Shown here in pieces: positions 1-13,500 of a stretch of DNA of 64,000 nt; position 1 is the stretch's first letter, and every line of letters begins with the position of its first letter. A program made the position numbers and the translations under genes. Under the pieces are notes generated by a model. That model was not told the DNA's origin. It did not search any database and saw nothing but the letters and a program-made list of their open reading frames with translations. The stretch is from Paraspadella gotoi. Taxonomy: Eukaryota; Animalia; Chaetognatha. The stretch spans positions 19,206,625-19,270,624 of the forward strand of contig CM119263.1 in the NCBI GenBank assembly GCA_051294375.1, read 5' to 3'.

Positions 1-94
1 GCGGTCAATCGGGCGAATGTCTATTTTTCAACTACATAAAAGGATCATCAAACAGAATCATCAAATAGTATGTTTCCAAAGTGATTTCGTGCGA

Positions 95-230
95 ATTAAA
101 GAAAAAAATCTTAAAAGCATAAGGATCGTCGCAATCGCATAAGAAAAATCTGGATTGACGACAAATTTTGATAAAAAAAAAATAAAATTTGAGAAAAGAA
201 AATTAATTTATAAACAGAAAGAAAAATTCT
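95..230 (+). mobile_element. Fragment of the same HINE-like family in a JAK intron
   Basis: GCATAAGGATCGTCGCAATCGCATAAGAAAAAT...GAAAAGAAAATTAATTTATAAACAGAAAGAAAAA is nearly identical to 10817-10926. Confidence 0.7.
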
Positions 231-1018
231 ATTTTGTGACTGTCAATTAAAAAAAATAATAAAGTACCGAAGAAAATTAAAGTTACAGTTTCTGAAAAAA
301 AAAATTCATTATCAAAAAATAAACTGATCAGCAGACGCAGTCCCTGAGAAAAAAAAACTAAAAAAAAAACCCGATGTTGCGATAGCAAAATGATAACATA
401 CACGAATGTGATGCCTAATTTACGAGTTCAATCCTAATTCAATTTTTTTTTTAATAAAAACGCAGAGAGAGAGAGAAAAAAAAGAAAAAAATCAAAAAGA
501 AGCAGCAGAAGCAGCAGGAGAAAAGAGAGAAAATGAGAGCCCCTGCAGAGCCAGCTGCAGATTCGTTTTTTTTTCTCGATAAATCAGCACTGGGGAAAAG
601 AGAGAGAGAGCTACATATAATTAAAAGAGAAAAGAGAGAGAGAAGGAAACATAAAAATAAAAGAAGAAATTTGTTTGTTTTTATAAAATGTAAACAAAAC
701 ATATTTAATAACTGTCCTGACCCAATTTTAAGCACAAAAAGGCCAGCGACGACGACGACGACGACGCCACTTATGTACAAAAGCGTTACGAGATAAAAAA
801 CTATAATCTTGGACAATGACAGAAAAAATCTGGGGTCAAGTCAGCTAAAAAGCTGCCTCCACCATGTAACTTGCCTCCTTCATATAATTTCCACAGTAAA
901 ATTTTCTTAAGGGCCCCACAAAAAACAGATCCTGGAGGATCAAAAACCACAAATAAAATAGTTTCTAAAACCAAATCTTATTGGGCCAAGAGAAATTTGA
1001 CAACACCAACGATCAAAC

Positions 1019-3754
1019 CTGGAATCCGCTCCTAATGAGACTTTTCGATTTCGGCCCCATCATTTTCCACTTGATAACGTCCAAAAACGTGAATTGGGGC
1101 AGGTGGTTGTCGATGTCTTTTCCTTTTAAACGATTCACAAACTCCGAATGCTAAAATCAATACGGAAAAGGGTGTTTGTCATTGAAAGTAATAAAAGAAT
1201 AATCTATATATCGTGTAAATCGAGTGATACCTCCATATCCTCGGGTTTCTCGTGGTACAAAGAATAAGCGGCAAGTGATAAGCATCGAATTTTATAATGT
1301 AATGGAGAAGGAGGAGATCCGGTTTCGTTGGAATCTAGATATCAAAAAAATAAATTAGCAGAAAAGACTAACAGTTTTTTTTATGTCTCTTGAAATTTTC
1401 AACTACATCGAGCAACTTTCCTTCCGCTTTCAATTTTCCCACCTGAAAGCGAGTTCTTCTTTCCCCCGTTTCGACTTTTGGCGGAGGCAGCGATGTCGCA
1501 AAGCGTGGAGCTTTCGCCATGTAAGTCGTCTTCACGATCTAATGAGCCCGTGATGCGGCCCGAAACAAAATCGCGCTTTAACTGGTAGAAGAGATATTCC
1601 ACTATGACATCGGGTAGCCGCCATACAACTGCTTGCGGAGGGTTTTGCGTCTGATCCTTTACTGGATGGGTATGGGGAGCGGCTGAGGGGCAGTCGGGGA
1701 TGCCGACACCATTCCGGAAACGAAAGTCCAGATCTACAAATTCGTCCTAAAATTAAGCATTAAGAAATTTTTTTTATATCTTATATCTTTTTATATTTTA
1801 TATCTACTATTTTCGTCTTGAGAATACGCTTTCACGAACATTAGCTCTTTGGCCCTAGACGTCTAAAATAAAAAACTTACGATTTTGGGGCGTTGCTTAT
1901 TTGTTAAAAAAATTAATACGTATTACAAATGTTATACTACGTACTAAATGTGTGTTTATCTTTTATTCTTATGATTCGCTTATTTGGGAAGCTTGAAACC
2001 TTAAAGATTTTTTATGTTTGTACCAGTTTAGAAGATATAAAATTAAAATAATGTAAAAAAATGTTTCTTTTATACAATGTTTGTATTACTGCGACAGACT
2101 TTTCCCACCGTCTGGTATTCTCGTAGTCGTGTGAAATCGTTGAAGTCTGTTGGGAGCCAGAGCTCTTTGTCAGCTGAATACAGTCCAAAGAGAGGAAACC
2201 AGCGTGATGGTATGTTAGCCTTACGACCGCAATAAATTGCAACGTCTTCCGCTGTTATAAAGTGCTCCGCTGAAAAATTAGAATGGGCCAATAGACAGAC
2301 CAAACCAAAACATCTTGAAATTTTTATAATTTCCTTTTTTTTTGGGTAAATTTAATTCGGATACTAGCATGCAAAGATTTGGATCTTGATCTTCCGTAAC
2401 AGTTGTTACCTGGGTTTATGTTGATCTCCACCGTGGCTTGAGAGGAAGGATCGATTGTGTCTGGAACCATCAGTGAAACCTAGAAGCCCAGTATAAAATA
2501 AAAAAGAATTTGCAGACTAAATGATCTATGATTTCAACTTACCCTTATCTTGTCCACACGGCCGTGAGGGTCGTTCCTCAGGAGTTGGCGGCCGTCATAG
2601 AGTGCGTTTACGATGCCGTTTGCCTTTTGTCCACGGACGGGCAACGTCGCTTCGTTGCTGGTGGACGAATTGGACGTAGCTAAGGGAGCATCAGGCCGGA
2701 AATCCTCATCATCGTCGTCGGAAGTTTCATCGCTCTGAGGAGAGCCTGGGTATACGGCAAGGAAAGATTATGTGATAACGACGCTTTAAAAATGTATTTT
2801 TATAACTCGGCTATCTACTACACACCGGAGTTGTGGAGCAGTAGGGTCATTCTTCGAGAGTTTCGCGGAGAGGAGACGCTTCCCTCTAATTCGAGCGACG
2901 GTGATGTGGACATCGTCGCGCAGATCGGAAGACCTAAAGGGAATTAAAACACCAAATTAGATATTAACGTTGGCACAGTATTCTCCACAATAGTAAATAA
3001 CGCACGTTCGAATTCGTCGACGCTTGAGGCTGAAAGATGGCGCCGCCTTTCGGAGGATCCGCTGCGACGGTCGCCCGACGGAGCAGAGCGGCGGTGATAA
3101 AGTGGACGCTCGCGAAGTAACTGGCGTCGCTTTGCGGGAAGGGGTAGAAGGTCAAAATAGTTTGTCGTAGATTTTACCACGTAATTGTCTTATCCTTTTT
3201 CTGCACAAAAATAAGTTTTTTGACCAACCGATCAAGAAACAAGAAAAAGCAACGGGAATCCTGCCAACAGTGTCGATTCGACACTGTCGAAGAACAGAAT
3301 ATATGTAAGCGTTGTGCGAAAAGAAATATCTGTGATCATTAGCTATGTGAAACGGTATCTCCAAGGATGGAGTAAGCTATCTTTGAAAAAATATTTTTCC
3401 GCGTATTGAAATATAATCGAAGAAAGAACGTAAACTCACCTTTTGTTCCCTTTTAACAGCGACTTTCGATACTCTATGAAAAAAAGCAAGAGCCAAACCC
3501 TCAGCCATCACAAGAGGTTAGTTACAGCTTTTTTCCTTTTCTTTCGGGGGGTTCCTACTGACAAATAAAAATAATTATAACAGATATCCAACCCAAGATA
3601 GATTTCATTGTGGGCAAAATCTTGGAAATATGAAAATTAAAGGTTTTTTCTCATAATCAAGAGAAAGTGAGCAAATTATATTTACCTTTTGTTCACGTAT
3701 GACCGCCGCTTTAGTAACTTTTCCTATGATGGCCAAGGCTATTTCTTCCGCCAT
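1019..3754 (-). CDS. JAK: Janus kinase (JAK/hopscotch-like), 5' part only (N-terminal extension + FERM domain); gene presumably continues left of the window
   Basis: Phase-compatible GT-AG exons (approx. 3686-3754, 3526-3554, 3440-3473, 3006-3129, 2826-2933, 2543-2745, 2410-2479, 2109-2269, 1443-1746, 1231-1335, 1019-1151). ITAEDVAIYCGRKANIPSRWFPLFGLYSADKELWLP resembles JAK2 [53 protein letters not shown] resembles JAK2 MSYLFAQWRHDFVHGWI, and RCLSLAA resembles ECLGMAV (JAK2 motifs recalled from memory). The link between the first four exons and the FERM exons is less certain. Confidence 0.8.
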
Positions 3755-4211
3755 TACGTTTGCAAAACAAAGTATTTATAGTCCTCTTTTATATGCTAAT
3801 GTTATATATTATGTATACTTCAGCACATATCTGCCAAAAAAATGAGAAAATTCACAAATCAAAACGCTGAGATTTTCAGGAAACAAAAACTTAATAGTTA
3901 ATAAAAAGTTTTGAACGAGGTAAGATTGCAACGCGGATACGATGACTGCCGCATTTGATGACTAAACACAATGACTACTTCACTTGGTAACCGGATAATA
4001 AATAAACAATAGGAGAATCGTTAACATGAGATTCTTCAACAACGTAAATCAAAAAGATATTTAAACAAACAGACGCAAAATTTTTTCAGCATTATTAATT
4101 CATTATGCATTAACAAGATGAGGCTATTTTAAAAAAAAACTTAAGTTCAGAAATCGTATTTCTCTGTATCACAAAATTAGAAAATTTGAATTAAGTATAG
4201 CAAGTTGGCAA

Positions 4212-4422
4212 CAGCCGGGTTGCACGTGATGCCCATCGGAGTGGGGCATCTCACTGTTGGCTTTAGGAGCTTCCAACCCTCAGTGGCGCCGCCAGCCATT
4301 GGCGCGGTTACCCTAGGACGGTCTCGTTTCGCCAACGCAGAGGGAAATCATTAGGCTATTAGGACTGAATGGAACCTAACGCTTGCGATGGTGCGTTTCC
4401 CCTGAGTCAATGGAATTGGCTG
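4212..4422. other. GC-rich, multi-hairpin intergenic island; candidate structured ncRNA or repeat, unassigned
   Basis: Closing CAGCC/GGCTG; GATGCCC/GGGCATC; CACTG/CAGTG enclosing GTTGG/CCAAC; GCGCC/GGCGC; GGGAAA/TTTCCC enclosing TTAGG/CCTAA. Surrounding DNA is very AT-rich. Confidence 0.35.
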
Positions 4423-4774
4423 AATGAAGCAAGAGGTGAGGCAGTGTGAATATATCGCCACACAAGTGATTAATATTGTAATACGCTTTACACAACCAAA
4501 ATTATGATAAAAAAAAAGGTATGTATAGTATTGTATACATATATGTCGGCCATATCCCGCTTACCATATAAAAATAATATGACTCGGCAACAAATATTTC
4601 ATGACATTGAATTATTTTCTTAATTTTCTGCGGTAGCTAAATATAAACCTGTGTTAAAAAAAATATTTTTGCCACATCAACGCAACTGAACGACTTTTAG
4701 TATAACTAGATTTATATCCCGAAGGAACACCAAAAATGCAACTCCAGCAACAAAATCCCGCCCATAATAAAACT

Positions 4775-6857
4775 TTAAAGTTTTTTTAATTGCTCAAAAG
4801 TCAAAAAGAAGACGACATTCCAAGGTCCCATCCGAATCCAATTAGGAACGAACCCCTTGTAGAGCGCCATAAATCCCTCATTTCGAATCGTCTTGGCCAG
4901 GCAGTCCAAAGAACCCAAGTAAATTTGATAAGGCTTTGCCGAGGCAGAATTTCCTTCAAAATGATCCAAGTTACGATTAAAAAAAAAAATAACTCGGGTC
5001 TGGGCTTCTTGCGTTTTTACTCACCGGCAGAAACTTTGAGGTTTCGCTGATTCATAATACGAGTCTTGACAACGTCAATAGGCGTGGACGCGGCGGCACA
5101 GGCCAGCCCCGCAGCCATGGCAGAAGCAAAGTGGTTTCCGACGCCGTTCCCCAAAAATGGAATGAGCGCCGACTTAGTGCAGTCGTAGACGGAAAGTTCA
5201 ACACCTATATTTTAGCAATGATGTATCGGGGGGGGGGGAAATTTCTTTTTGTACTCGCACTGCCTTCTCCATTATAAAGTTAAATACTTTCGGGGCATGT
5301 GATGACGTTTAAAGATTTAACTCACCAACAACGACAGCGGCTCGCTGAGAGTTCGGGCCAACCCCTCTCCAGAGACCCCTCATTCCCTCCTTTCGAAATA
5401 CATCCTGAAAGCTTTTGTAAAGCCCGAGGTTTTGATCAGCACGTCCCGTTTGGGCCTGTGATTATAAGTTAGTCGTCTATCATAAGGTTTCTTCGCTTAA
5501 CTCTTAAATTTTACCTGCATTAGGGGTAGCCCTAATCAATGGGGCGAGTCAAAAATTTAGAATTATTACATGCTCAAACGAAAATTTATACATTATGAAG
5601 TATACTTTCAATGGACAAAACATTTCTCCATACCCAAAAAATTAATTTTTTAATATTTATTTATAAATGGGAAAGGCCAAAATTTTTTTTGATAATTTAA
5701 AAATTTTAAGACCAGTTTCAGATAGCTCATAAAAAGTTGTCTACACAAAGTATAATTATTTTTTAAATATTTTCATGATAAGTGAGTCAAAAATAAGAAA
5801 AACCGTAAAAAATCATCATCATCATCATCTTTCAATGATATTATCAGTTTTTTTATATTTTCACATAGAAAACGTAAGAATTTTTAAAAACTGTAATTAT
5901 ATTTCTTGTTTAACTTTTTATGCTCTATCAGAATCCATCAAAAAATTTTAAGATTTCCAAAAAAATGTTTATAATGTAAAAAAGACAGCAATATTTAATG
6001 TATTGATCAAGATGTATAATGTAAATTTTTTTGAAAATGATTGCTTAAATATTTAGTCAAGTCAACTAAAAATACTTTGCTAACAGTCAAAATTTTATAT
6101 TATCTCTGGAGTTGGTCCCTACCTGCATTCGCACTTTAAGCACATCTGTCGGATTCATTATAGCAGCGGAAGTGGCGCCGGTAAACACCCCACAAAAAGC
6201 ATTTATAGACCAAGATTCTTTATGACGGTCTGAAAACGGACCAGGAAATCAATTTTTGACATTTTCACCAACAATTGTGCCAAAAAAAAGCTCACCCTTT
6301 CCAACGATGACCCTCTTGAGAGAGTAGTAGACCCCGAACTTGATGCTTCCGTACGTCGCTTGTCTCAATAACGCCGGTTGTATGCCGAAGTAAAGTGCGC
6401 GCGGTCCTTCGTCTCGCGCGATTGAGGCAATCGCGTGAGCCATTCCTCGATAGCGGACGCGATTAGCCAGCGCCGCCGATTCTGACGCCTGACCTTGGAT
6501 CTGCAGGTGGTGAGGCAAACTTTTAAAGGTGAGCTTAGAATCTGTTTTCGAAATTTTGAATGGAAATCTTAGTAATCTTCCTGACTTATCCATTCCGATG
6601 ACATGCGTATAAAGATATATACTTACTAGAAAAATAGTTGTTTTTCCCCATTTCGAACAGACCTGGAGCCGAGTTTTTGATGTATCGATTGGGAAAGTGC
6701 AAGTTTCGGCGACGACCGAGGCGAATCCGCCGAAGACGAAAGGACGCCAGGAGAGATCATTGCTTGTGGAATATTTCGACGCCGCAATGGTGGTCGAAGG
6801 AGTAACAATGGGCGGGGTAGTCTGCGTCCCGATAGAAGGCGTCGCTTCCGAGCTCAT
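4775..6857 (-). CDS. SLC25A30: Mitochondrial carrier of the UCP5/KMCP1 (SLC25A14/SLC25A30, Bmcp) subfamily, 6 coding exons
   Basis: [112 protein letters not shown]. Three PX[DE]XX[KR] carrier signatures. Exons approx. 6663-6857, 6296-6499, 6123-6229, 5326-5456, 5025-5203, 4775-4951. Confidence 0.93.
5521..6110. mobile_element. AT-rich palindromic MITE-like insertion in an SLC25A30 intron
   Basis: Imperfect inverted arms (GATAGCTCATAAAAAGTT at ~5721 vs AACTTTTTATGCTCTATC at ~5912) inside an unusually long intron. Confidence 0.45.
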
Positions 6858-7574
6858 CTCAGAAAACACTTAGGGTGGATAAAGTTGCCGAGAAGGAAGG
6901 GCTTTGGCATTCGAGGCGTTGACTCCGAAAAACAATCACGTGATTGACCTTCGAGTCATTTTTCTGACATGGCAGCACTAATTTCACTGAAACAGCGTTA
7001 CCCGAGGAAAAACGCTACAACAGATATATAAACAAGTGAAAAAAAGAAGCCTATAACATGGTACTAGGGTGAGGAAAACGTGTTTCAAATTCTAGGCATT
7101 GCTAATTTGGTATTATCTTTGTGTGTTTATTTGCTGTGGCTGAGTTACGGAGTTACAGAGTTACGTAGATGTTTTTTGCTTTTGATTGCGAGGCAGCCAA
7201 AATCTTTACGATTTCCTAAGTTTGATAAATTCATGCACGTGTTTCTGATTTTATAATAACTAAAGAGTTAAAACAGTTAAAATACATCAACGTTAACAAA
7301 GCACTTTGATAACATTAGAGTTACATAAACCATTAAATAAAGATTCGGATTTATTTTCAAAAAATCGTAAAAAAATATTTAGCGTAATGACAAATATAAA
7401 AACGTGTAATAGAAAATAATCGAGAACTTTCGATTCATAGTGAACAGAGAGACCACAATATATATAGATCGAAGCTCTGTTGGAGGTCTCAAAACATAGT
7501 AAATTGGACTCAATTAAAGATCGCCGCTAATAAATATAGGAATGTAAAAAATCGAAAAGGCTTTCGGAAAGTCC

Positions 7575-10500
7575 TTAAATCACTTCATCAGTATCGAGAC
7601 CAGGGTGGGCGGGGACGTAACGCGAACTGAAGTAACCGCCCTGATCCTGGACCTCTGCTGCGTACTTCTTGGCCTTCGTAGTCTTCATCTTCGGCATTTT
7701 AAACGAGTCTGGAGTAGATTCGATGGTCTCGTCGTCCTCGTCCTCATCGTCTTCGTAATCAGCGTCGGGTGCGACCGAGGCAACCTCGGATCCGGTGGTG
7801 TGGAATTCTTGCAAGGGAAAAATTTCGGACCGGACAAAACCCAATGGTTGAGCTTGGCTAGAGAGGGTTTAAAAAAACTAAAAGGAAACTTACCAGTTTT
7901 AGCGTCGTTTGGATCGTCCTCAATAGAATCGGCGTTAAGAGTGCCTTCGAGGGAAATTGCCAACGCAACCTCGTCCGATCTTTGTTTTTGAGGCGCCACT
8001 TCGGCCAGTGGACGGGATCTCTGGCGGTTCCAGCCATCACGGGGTGGCGCGCTCGGTGGAGAGAGGGACATCTCTGAGATGAGATGAAATTTTAAAAAAA
8101 TGATTGAAAATGCGAACGTTAACTGTCTTGGAACGTACCCAAGCGAGAGTTCTCTTTATCTTGCTTTCTGCTCAGTCTCGGACTGCGGCGTTTAATGTTG
8201 TTCGTTGGAAGGACAAATGTACTTTCCAGATTGAGATCAAAATGTTCTGCGCTCGAATCGGGCACTAATTAAAATTTTAAAAAATTTTAAAAATTTAAAA
8301 ATCCGTCATATTTTTCTAGTTCGTCTATAGGTCAGTTCTATTGATATGAGAAAGTTTGAATTGTATGTCGTACCTTCCAGATGTCTCTTGCCATCGCGAT
8401 TAAGGCATTTGTCCACGTTGCAGCCACATGCTTCGCTGCAATTCCTATTCCCTTTACGGCACGAGCACCTGCTGGCTCCGCAAGCGCTTGCTTTGCAGTT
8501 GCACTTGACGATTTCCTCGGGAAGGAACGTACGTCGTTTCTTCTCGGGGACCTCATCCTTGAAAAGACGGTTTTTGGGATCTGCGAAAAAGAAAACAGCA
8601 GTGAGCACCGAGTAAAGTAAATAAATACTGCTAAATAGTAAATAGTAGGCCTTAGAAAATATTAAAAACTATATACAGAATTTAGCAACTAAATAGTCGG
8701 CGGTTTCATAATACAAACCAGCGACCGAGGTGACGTGGGGGTTCACTTTGCTCTTGACCCACGCTTTCCGCAACGGCGTCTCTCCATGGCCCATTGAAGG
8801 ATCCCATTCGGCATCTTCGGCTTCCGAAATTTCTTGTTCTTCTTCCTCGTCCTCATCTTCTTCGTCGCCGGAGAAATACGAATTCTTAGATGGTCCAGGG
8901 GCTTTTTGACTATAGGTATAAACAAAACTAAAAACTGAATCACTACTGTCAAACAACTAAGGAGAAAATAACTTACGGTCTTTGTGCAAGACTATTAGAT
9001 CGTGCCTCCTTTAATTTAAGTGTCAATTCGCGATTAAGCTTGCGCTGTTTCTCGAGCTCATCCGATAGTGCTTGGAGACGTTGAATTTCGCCTTCAAATA
9101 TGATCAATTCAGACAAAAAAAATGAATTAATACAAAAACAAGAAAATAATAATTCCTGACAAAAAGTATGAATTTCCAAAAATTATCCATTTATTCAATA
9201 AATAAAACCATCTCGCCCCCGAGTTAAGGCAGGGGGTTAGTGTGTTATGTTAGTGGGTTATGGCCCCATCCCTCTTACAAGATAATAACATACAAGGATT
9301 AACTTACTCTCTTGGAACTCTAGTCGTCTCAATGTGTCCGGATCGGTGGTTAGGTCGGCAGAAGACGCTTCCGGAAGTCCTGGAGCAGTAAGAAAAATAA
9401 AGATAAAAATTTCAATTTAACATGATCATCTAAGCTAACTAACCCGATTTTTGCACTTCTCGAAGCAAGAAAAGGACTTTTTCTTCATTTTGCTGCATCA
9501 TCGCCGAAAGCCTTTCTTCATAGTCGGCGGCTTTTTCCTCTAACTGTTTGTTGGCTTCAAGCAGTTGCCGTTTTAACTCCTGAGCCTCCTCAATTGCTGT
9601 TTCTCTTTCAGACCTGATATTTGGTTTTTCGTTATTTTTTTTAGGGAAAAAATATTAAAAATGGCCGTAAAAAAAACTCAAAATGTTTGGATTAAGCAAT
9701 TTGTTACAATAGAATAATAAAGTGACCTAATTAATGTAATTAATATGGGTTTTAAATACCTCGCTTGCATCTCCAAGCCTTTAAAACTGACGGCTTTATT
9801 CATGAGGCATTTGACAGCGACATGGAATTCTTTTGAATTGTTAAAGCGCATTTTTTCTTTGGCGGCTTCCAGCTCTAAAATCTGGTTTTGAAGTTCTTGT
9901 ACCTGCAAACAAAATTTGATACAATATTTTTTTTTATACCAAAGCTACCACAGGAAGAAATAACGTGAAGAATCCTAAAGAAGTTCGAAAATTTTAACAA
10001 AATAACACCGATTTCTCAAGGGCAATAAAATTTGTGCGAGATTCAGCCCAGACCTGCGTGTTCCTTAGTTCGATGTCACCCTTAAGTTTGGCGATGTTTG
10101 CGTCATTATCTCCGCCGTCACGACCTCGAAGGCCTTTAGCTTCGATCGCCTCGACCCGGCGCAGCTGTTCCATCAAGTCCTTCCGATCCTCTAATAAACC
10201 CTGAAGGTTCCGTTTTCCTTCTTGCTCGGCGACTCGACTAAAGGTTTTAAATCGACGGGGGATGTCAAATATATTTACTTGATCCAATCGAGCGAGCTCT
10301 AACCTCTCCAACTCGGCCGTGACGATGAATTCGATCTTGTCACCCTTTTGTTCCGGGGATTCAGTGTCATGTGACTTCATTCGCTTGACCTCGTTCCTCT
10401 TCTTGAGGACGTCGTCGAGACGGCGTTTTGCCGCCGCCGCCTCTTCAGTCTGTATACATTCTAGTCTATTTAGACGTACAAAACGCCGTGGAAAATGCGA

Positions 10501-13500
10501 AAAAAACTTACCTTTCGCTTGAGGACGGCAGCCTGGAGCTCGTGTTTCCGCTCGAGCTTGACGAGAGCGCAATGACGTTTTCTCTCCGCTTCTTTCAGTT
10601 GTTTAACCTTTCAGGAGAGTTATGTACAAGAGAAATTAATAGGAATTAATTGTGTTAATTGTTAACCATTTTTAGTCGGATCTGCTTATCAGCAGATCCC
10701 GACTCTATTATTCACTTTGTCGGTCCGTCGGTCCGCCCCCTCAATCTTGTCGGGCATTCACTTATATCATGTCAGAACATCGAATTATGATAAATTATTC
10801 AAAAAAAAATCGTTAAGCATAAGGATCGTCGCAATCGCATAAGAAAAATTTGGATTGACGACAAATTTTAATACTAAAAAAATCAAATTTAAGAAAAGAA
10901 AATTAATTTATAAACAGAAAGAAAAAAAAAGAATAATAAATATAAAACAGTAAAATAACTTATTTTCGAGTTTAATTTTTACTAAAAATGAAACAATTTT
11001 ACTAAAAATTAAACAAGTGCTAAGTCTGGTCAGACATTATAGAAGGTACTTTTTTTGTAAGCATTCCCAGACAAAAGACAAAGTGAAACTTGAATCAGAC
11101 TGACGAAGTGAAGTAAAAACTAAAGTGAAGTAAAATGAAAAAGAGAGAGAGAGAGCGAGAGAGAGAGAGAGACGTTTGCGACGATAAAAAACGATGTCCG
11201 TTCGTCCGTCCGTCCCACCTTAGCAAAAAACTTCAATTGCTCGTGATTGGATGGATGGATTGGAATAAAATTTTGTGTGTGGGTAGGTAAGTGTGTGATT
11301 GAGCTGGATATGAAGTTTCGACCAATAAAACAAGTCAATCGTATCGGCATTATTGTCGTCGTCGCCATCATTGCTTTTGTCGTGGTCAGTGACGAAAAGA
11401 CCTAAAAACAAACATTTCAGATGAAATTAATTAATTAATATAAATATATAAACTAAAATAATAATTTAATTAATAAATTAATTAACTTGATCTGAAAGGT
11501 TTGTTTTTATGTCTTTTTGTCACTGACCACGACAAAAGCAACGACGACGATAATGGCGACGACGACAATAATAACAATTATTATTTTAGTTTATATTAAT
11601 TAAATATTTAATTAATTAATTACCGCTAATGATCGTGGGCAGATCCGACATTGTTTGCTGAAACTTGTTTCAATATGAGTAATTAAAATTCAATGCATTT
11701 TAGTCATCTCCTGAAATCCTACCTGTTTATCGCTGGCTTGCTTCCAACGCCGGAACTCTTCGGCGTCTGCCTTCATCTGGCGAACGTGTTTGACCCTCAT
11801 CGACTTTAGACCGACGATGTCTTCCGTCATTTTCTTCACCGTCTTATCGTAGTCCTCCTTCATCTTCTTAAGGCGGTTTAACTCGGTCGACTGCTTACGA
11901 AGCTCTGAAACCTTCCCTTCCAATTCTTGGACCTGCGCAAGAAAGTTAAAGGGGAAAAATTTTGTAGAGGTAAATAATAAGACAGGAAAAAAGTAACCAT
12001 TGAAGCAACACATTCACTATCGCCACCCGCTCGACTACATCAGCGCAACCCCGGTGGCGAAAAAGTGAGCATTCTCTCTTCCCATCCGGCAGCCTTGGGT
12101 TCGCGCCCCGTTGGTATCAATGCTTGTAAGCGGGACGGGACGTCTAACCCAACTGTAGTGGCGGACTACAGGAAGATCCGTAGTTTGAAAGCTAGTAAAT
12201 ACAGTTATTTGTCTTGTCTTGTCTGTGTGGCACTAAACCATACCTTTTTCCGTCTGTCTTCAGAAATCTTTACGGTTTTTTGAAGGGCTTTTTTCTCGAG
12301 TGTTAGTTTGTTAACTTCCTTTTCTAGATGTTTAACGCTCTCCTCGTATCTGTTCGCATATAAAGAAGCATAAGAAACAAGAGAAGCATAACCAATTAAC
12401 CATAGAAGCAAACCATAAGAAAAAAAAAACAGTCGATCGGTAATAGATTTACTTATTGCGAAGATCGGTCATCTCCGTTTCGCCGGACTTCATCTTTTTG
12501 AGTTGAAGTTCCTTTTGGACGAGCATGTTATCAAGGTTCGTCAGCTCCTCGCCATAACGGGCCTGACGCTCTCGATGCTCTTTTTCGTCCATGGCCTGAA
12601 GAGGGGATTCGCTGTCGACAGCTGAAAAGAAAAACAGGTCATTAATAACTTGCAAACAAAGTTAGAATGACTTTGGATTCGAAAACATACCGCCTTCGGA
12701 TTGTTCGTCATTATCCACAATACGTTGCTCCGGTTCCGGTTCCGGGTTGAGTAGCTCAGAACATTGAGATTGAAGCTTCTTTATGTGCTCCTGGGCTTCG
12801 CCTGGTGAAGAAAATCCAACGTGGAAACAAAAGAAGGAAGCTTAAGTTTATGGAAATTCCATTTTCAAACCTAAAAAGGAAGTTTGGGTGGCGATTGAAT
12901 CTGCGCCAAGCTGATCTTTAACGCCGTCCCCATCGCAACTCGTATTGGCAGCAATGATGGAAGCGTTTAAATTCACCATAGTAGCCTGCAAGGCTTCTAG
13001 TTTGGCTTTGTAATCATCGATAATCGCTTCCGCCGCCAAAAACTTTTGCTGAAAATTAACTGTCGCCTTGGAGAAAATAAATACGGAAAATATCAGCGAG
13101 GGGAAAGGACGATTTAGTAAGCATGCATGTATATCAGTAATTTTTAAGCTCGCCTAACCTTTAAGGAAGCGTCGAGCGCCTTGTCCGTCTCCTCCAATCG
13201 CTTGGCAAACTTTTCATTTTCGCTGAGCAGTTGCGCGTAGGCAAGCGAATCGGGACCCTTTTCCACCGCCGACGGTAATGGTGTGTCACCGATAATGTTT
13301 TCTGGATCTGATTAAAATATCAATGGTATCTGAATTTTACTATATAGTATATACAGAAGGCTTCATATTAGAAAATGATACACCGTTTTTTCGACCAAAT
13401 ATGTTGAATTTTGTACATATTCTTAAGGGAATACAAATAGAACAATCGAGGCGAATTTCAATATTTGACCCCATATGGGCCCCTATGGGGGCAAAAAATG

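Noticed and set aside
4270-4300. GCCGCCAGCCATTG similarity to U3 snoRNA
   Set aside because: Box C (TGATGA) does not follow, and boxes A/B are absent.
11950-12070. Minus-strand GGGGTTGCGCT...GAGCG...ATAGTGA resembling U4atac snRNA
   Set aside because: The U6atac-pairing 5' end does not match, the apparent Sm site is the KIF4 polypyrimidine tract, and the region overlaps the SINE-like element.
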